A stretch of DNA of 62,907 nucleotides, filler included, from Cercozoa sp. M6MM (taxonomy: Eukaryota > Protista > Endomyxa: Ascetosporea): assembly GCA_040357565.1 (NCBI GenBank). It is 14 parts of 14 records of this genome, joined end to end, with 100 filler letters (N's around TTAATTAATTAA, not from the genome) between each part and the next. Parts side by side here need not be neighbours in the genome. Positions count along the whole stretch, not along the records: positions 52,189 to 58,485 come from JBDODJ010000756.1; positions 58,586 to 61,279 come from JBDODJ010001717.1; positions 61,380 to 62,907 come from JBDODJ010002006.1; 11 more parts are not named here. One strand, written 5' to 3'. Shown here piece after piece: positions 56,648-62,907 of the stretch (its first letter is position 1; every line of letters starts with the position of its first letter). Position numbers and translations under genes: made by a program. The notes under the pieces were generated by a model that was not told the DNA's origin, made no database searches, and was given only the letters and a program-made list of their open reading frames with translations.

Positions 56648-58414
56648 CACGCACACAACAGGGACACGCAGCTGGGCTTACCCGAGTTGACATCGCCCCA
56701 CGTCCACAACACATGTCCCTACACAGCACAGTCGGCAAACATCCCACTAGCACCACACTGTTCTTGTACCAGCGTCTGACGGAAGTAGCGCACGAGTTCG
56801 GCGTTGTTCACTTCGTTGTTCTATGGGCACATACAGACACACCGGTCAAGTACAGTACAGTACAGTACAGTACAGTGCAACACAAGGTCGATGAACGAAA
56901 GAACACCTCGTCGAGGATGCGAGCGGCATTGGCGACAACGCCTTGCATGTTCTCGGCCCACGCGAACGCCGCGCCTGTTCAACAACTCAAACATAAGCCC
57001 AAGCAGAGAAAGGGAAGAGACCTCTCTCAAGATGAGCGAGGTACCAGCTTCCAGTGTGTTGGCGCGAGAGTCGTGGAACTGCGACTGTCCGGCCTCACTC
57101 AGAAACATGACCTGCAGTGCTCCGCCCGTAAACATGAACACACATACACACTTGCATACACATAGTATACCGGGTAGCGCGTCTGCTTGTACTTGAGTGC
57201 AACGCACACTCTTTTCACATTCCATTCCAGTGCGTATACAGCATTATACGTATGTTGATGCATGGGGCGAGGTTGTTACTCTGGGTGAAAGCACGAGAAG
57301 ATTATGCGTCGGTTGCCAGCGAATGAGAACACCGTGTCCAACACCGTGTCCACGTACTGCAGGGGAAGGAAGAGACAAAGGACACATAGTGTAGCTGAAT
57401 ACAAGAAGAGCCTTGTCGCATTCTGAAACTACCGAGTTGATCTCGAATTCTGGCAGGAAGCCCACTGCAAGCACAAGGTGAAACAAGGGTCAACAGAAGT
57501 GAAGCAATCTAAAAACAACAATGTACGGTGCTCTTGCTTCTTGAGAATCGGGTACTTGATCTCAACATTGAGGCCCCTGCAGACATGCGCATAAGCATAG
57601 ACACATGAGAGGTAGAGAAGACGCACAGTCCCTTTGGCGCATGCAGCAGCACGTCCTTCAACGTTGTAAGTTCCTGTGCATGGATCAGTACAGGAAAACA
57701 ACTATGGGCTCAGTACGGACGCACCAGCACAAAGCGCCCATAGTTGTTTTCAACATCCAGCACGGCTTCATTATGATTCTCCAGCCAGTGCATTCTACCG
57801 ACAACGCACATACACCACTAGGCCAGACTATATCAACACAAATCTCCAAACACTGTACGAGAGAGTGAGCGCATCCTCCAGTTGCGCCAGCGTCAGTTTG
57901 TGCAGGCCAACGTCCAGACTGGGCGGCGCACTTCTTGCCTACATCAAGACTACCCCGCTGTAATGCACACAAGGAGACCTCCTCCATACCGACGCCGGTC
58001 GCTGCCGCCGCTTGTCAGCAATCACGTGCAGCAGAAAATCATGAAAGATGATTGGCACTGTCAGCAGCATACGTTAGGCAGACACTTGGACAGACAAACG
58101 TGCCGTACCTCTGTCCTTGGTAAGCACAACGTCGAGTTCGACCAGTTCGGCACCCGCACTGAAGTACAATGAAAGAATCACGGCAAACGAAAGGTGCGTA
58201 TCAGACATGGGTGTGTGTACTCGTAGGCAGCGGCATAGCTCGCGAGTGTGTTCTCCTTGAGCGTAGCGGCGCGTTGGGTCGACGGAACGCGGAAGCTGCG
58301 TCCTGTGACACAATGGACATGTGGCACCGGACAAAGCACGTTTTTCACACTCGCAACCCAGGTACCGACACCGCGATGGCCAATGTCGAAGCCGACCTTG
58401 CGCGGGCAGTGATA
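56347..58414 (-). CDS. Glycerophosphodiester phosphodiesterase (GDE1/GPCPD1-like), 5' part in gap
   Basis: IGHRGVG, KENTLASY, GAELVELDVVLTKD, GLNVEIKYP, GVNGIIAD. Confidence 0.9.
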
Positions 58415-58437
58415 ACTGTGCACACGCACACGCACAT

Positions 58438-58485
<48 letters not shown>

Positions 58486-58599
58486 NNNNNNNNNNNNNNN
58501 NNNNNNNNNNNNNNNNNNNNNNNNNNNNNTTAATTAATTAANNNNNNNNNNNNNNNNNNNNNNNNNNNNNNNNNNNNNNNNNNNNAAAAAAAAAACACC

Positions 58600-58836
58600 C
58601 AACAATGACAAGCCTGGAGATACAAAAGTATCGAATGCGCCCTCTTTCAGTCGCAGGTTGTGCAATTCCACATGTCCACTGAGGACCGCTAAATGCAAAT
58701 TGTTCCTGTCCAACCCTGCCCATTCCGAACAAGAGATACAGTCGGCAAAAATCGAGTTTTCAAAGGAAACCCCACCATCGACAAACCGTCCCAGATAACG
58801 CTGCAGCAAGCGTTCCAACAACGACTCGAACACCAT
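58600..58836 (-). CDS. VPS13: VPS13-family chorein N-terminus (rest lost in gap)
   Basis: MVFESLLERLLQRYLGRFVD-GLDRNNLHLAVLSGHVELHNLRLK. Confidence 0.88.
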
Positions 58837-59146
58837 CGCCCGATCCGTGCGGATGGGTCCAGGTTCGTCTCGTGACTCTGCGCAAGAGGACGTGCCAAAA
58901 CTAGCCTCGAAGTAAGAAAAATTCTGGCACAACTCCTTCGGACCTCAGTCAGGCGACCCAGCGTTCGTGACAGTATAGAGCTACGTTAACAGCAAATTAA
59001 GTCTGATCAAGTGCCTCCAAGCGTCTCACACCCTCCTCTTTGCTGTGAATTGTCCAAGCTCCTCCGTGGTCACAGCTGACCCAAAAGATTAAGTAAATCG
59101 ACCTAAACACGCCGACGGGGCGGTGAGAGTAATTAGGAGAGCTACA

Positions 59147-60302
<1,156 letters not shown>

Positions 60303-60396
60303 GACGGCATCCAACTGCATGCCGTGCCAGTGTTGCTTTCAGTTACCTTACGTGGTTACGTTTCTTAAAAAACTGTAAGCAAGACGGCTGGCTTAC

Positions 60397-60925
60397 TCAC
60401 TTGGTCAGCGCAGTGCGAAAGCGCTTCTCGATGGCGAGCGAGGTCTGCTCGAGCTGCGCCACGACGGACTCCAGCTCGTCCAGCGACCGCTCGACGTCGG
60501 CGACACGCGCCAGACGCTGCTGCAGATTGCTTTGCAGGGCTTCGCTTTCTCTCATTCGCTCGGCCTGCCCAGTGGGAGGGGGAAGCTCTAATAAACCTTG
60601 CAGTCACACTCATACATGCTGTACCGCAAACTTTGTCGTCATTCCGATTGATCGTGTCTTTTCGAGCGTCATCTCGTTCAGCTTGAGCAGCAACTCTGAG
60701 CGAGTACAAGTGTGTACTGGCACTGTAAAGGAATAAAAAACTGAGTGTGTGCTACCATAGTCGCGAACCGATTCAACCGCCTGCTGTCGCACGACTTCAC
60801 TGATTCCGCCTGAGGACGACATTGGGTGACTGAATCTACCAACCAGTGTTTAACGTAAATCTCACACCAGTTTAGTGGCCTGCAAAGCAACAATCGCCGG
60901 AGGGTTCACCCTTTAATTGTTCCAT
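60397..60925 (-). CDS. BLOC1S2: BLOC-1 subunit 2-like coiled-coil protein
   Basis: RDYELLLKLNEMTLEK..VADVERSLDELESVVAQLEQTSLAIEKRF. Confidence 0.65.
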
Positions 60926-60983
60926 GTCTGTTTTGCGTTTGATGCCGATTTTCGGCAGCTCTCCTCGAAAGTTAGAGTTCAGA

Positions 60984-61232
60984 ATGCAAGTGCAAGCAGC
61001 TTGTAGGTTTGTGCATGCGCATAGTGTTCGGTACGGGCTCGATCTCGTCGCACCTTTCAGCACGCAAAACTACAATGGTCTCGCCTGGCACTTGACACGT
61101 GCGTGATCTAACAGAGGAAGTGGTTTTGTAGAACTAGTCAGCGGCGACGTGGCGCTACCGGAAGATCGAGTGGGCATTCTTATTGGCAACACCAAGGCAC
61201 TGTGGGAACCGTTCGTCGAGCGATACCGGCAG
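60984..61232 (+). CDS. MMACHC/CblC-like cobalamin-processing protein (5' part)
   Basis: GLDLVAPFSTQNYN and VGILIGNTKALWEPF. Confidence 0.6.
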
Positions 61233-61243
61233 GTGACTTACCC

Positions 61244-61279
<36 letters not shown>

Positions 61280-61388
61280 NNNNNNNNNNNNNNNNNNNNN
61301 NNNNNNNNNNNNNNNNNNNNNNNTTAATTAATTAANNNNNNNNNNNNNNNNNNNNNNNNNNNNNNNNNNNNNNNNNNNNTGTGTGTGT

Positions 61389-61447
<59 letters not shown>

Positions 61448-61469
61448 GGGGGGGGGTAAGGGGGCACAC

Positions 61470-62907
61470 CTCGAGCTGCTGAGGCGTCAGAGCGAGCTGC
61501 TCGGCCAGCTGCGCCGTCACCGACGGAACGATCGGCTGCAGCAGCGGCAGCAGCGTCGACACGATCTGCGTCGCCACGGCCATGACCACGTTGCTGCACA
61601 CACACACGTGCACATGGGACCGATCTCACTCCACCCAGTCAGTGGGTCTTTGGTACCGCCGCTCAGGTCGGTCGGCCAGCTTCCACGGCGCCTGCTCCTG
61701 CATGTACCGGTTGCCCAGCGCCGACAAGGCAAAGACTGCTCACACACGGCGCACCCTTAATTCAACTGACATGTCAGCACCCTCAACACGGACTACCTGA
61801 CTGCACGCCCGCGCGGATCTTGACCTCTTCCATCTCCTGCAAATATACATATATAAATAAATGAATAAAAAAATAAATAAATGAATAAAATAATAAACAA
61901 ATGAATAAAATAATAAATAAATGAATAAAATAATAAATAAATGAATAATATAATAAATAAATGAATAAAATAAGAAATAAAAATATATATATAGATAATA
62001 GAAATATACACAGTAACAGTGGTAAGGGATACCTGCACGTACTGCGCATAGATCGTGGCCAGCTCGGCTAGCACGGCCTTGTCCTCGTCGGCCAGATCGC
62101 TCTCCCGGACGGCCGGCACCACGCCGTGGTAGAACTTCTGCAGGAACTTGAGCGGACGCAGACAGAAGTTGCCCTATGGGAGGAGGAGTAGGGGCCTCAA
62201 TTAAGATAGCAACAAGGAAAGAAGGGGATCAAGTGGCTTACGAGGTTGTTGAGCAGCAGCGAGTTGTTCATCGACTGAAGGTTCTCCCACATGAAGGCCG
62301 TGTCACTATACATATGCAAAGATAGAGATACACATACATATGGGATCCCCCCCCCCTTTCCCCTGGATGAGTCACCTGTGCTCGGGCCGGTTGTGTAGCA
62401 GGTAGGCACGCCACACGCAGGGCGGCAGCTCGGTCTGCGCGCAATCGGCGCCAAAAACTCCCGTGCCGCGACTCTTGGAGAACTTGCCGTCCTGTTCAGT
62501 TAAGGGGGGTCTCCAGTAAGGGGTCTCAGTTTAATTGAGGGGGTCCAGTGCAGTTAAGGGGGTCACACTTCCTAGTTAAGGGTGTCCAAACTACCTGGTA
62601 GTTGAGGTACTCAGTCGTGCTGAGAGTCTTCAGCTTGGTCCACTTCTCACTGTGTGTGGACAACAACACCGCCTTAACGAAAACATCCTGAAGCAAAAAC
62701 GGTCCATTTGTACCGTGTAGCCAGCAGAGTCGACGGGAAGATCACCGTGTGGAACGTCACATTGTCCTTGCCCTGTACACAAGGGCAAAATGCAATGAGA
62801 CAACCTGCTGTATATGTACAGTCCATCTGTACCATGAACTGGTACAACTCGACATCAGGCGATCCGTCAGCCGGCTGCCACCATTGCTTGTAGAGCTCCT
62901 TAGCTGC
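61470..62907 (-). CDS. MARS1: Cytosolic methionyl-tRNA synthetase (internal exons)
   Basis: [60 protein letters not shown]. Confidence 0.95.

Noticed and set aside
56347-58836. VPS13-GDPD fusion
   Set aside because: Linker between them; VPS13 needs many more kb, so the gap is large or the join arbitrary.

Overview
Eukaryotic (protist) nuclear DNA, not prokaryotic. The window joins 14 contigs with 13 artificial 100-nt linkers (N44-TTAATTAATTAA-N44), so adjacency across gaps is unreliable. Most of it is gene-dense with short spliceosomal introns packed with simple repeats, which generate most of the supplied ORFs as artefacts. By manual splicing I recognise REEP5/YOP1, eRF1, an SLC6 transporter, an acyltransferase-3, XRN2, Sds22-like, PCNA, a GYGD channel, PIH1, a GGQ mitoribosome rescue factor, MDH1, CudA-like, a bZIP, H2A, PUF, AlkB-like, IFRD1, UBE3D-like, tomosyn-like, GDPD, VPS13, UBE2K, BLOC1S2, MMACHC-like and MetRS. 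Highlights: (1) bases 1-~4460 are a compact, microsatellite-free, virus-like island (GIY-YIG nuclease, heliorhodopsin-like 7TM apparently lacking the retinal lysine, minimal TFIIE-beta-like gene with a host-type intron, orphans) whose last ORF is in frame with the host REEP gene, possibly an endogenous mirusvirus/giant-virus segment; (2) splice donors are mostly GTRC with weak +5 G; (3) a helical-sensor/TM/RGS receptor; (4) a secreted protein of seven 6-Cys modules; (5) an intron-bearing AlkB; (6) a bZIP with Lys at the invariant Asn. All homology calls are from motif recognition only; no searches were run.
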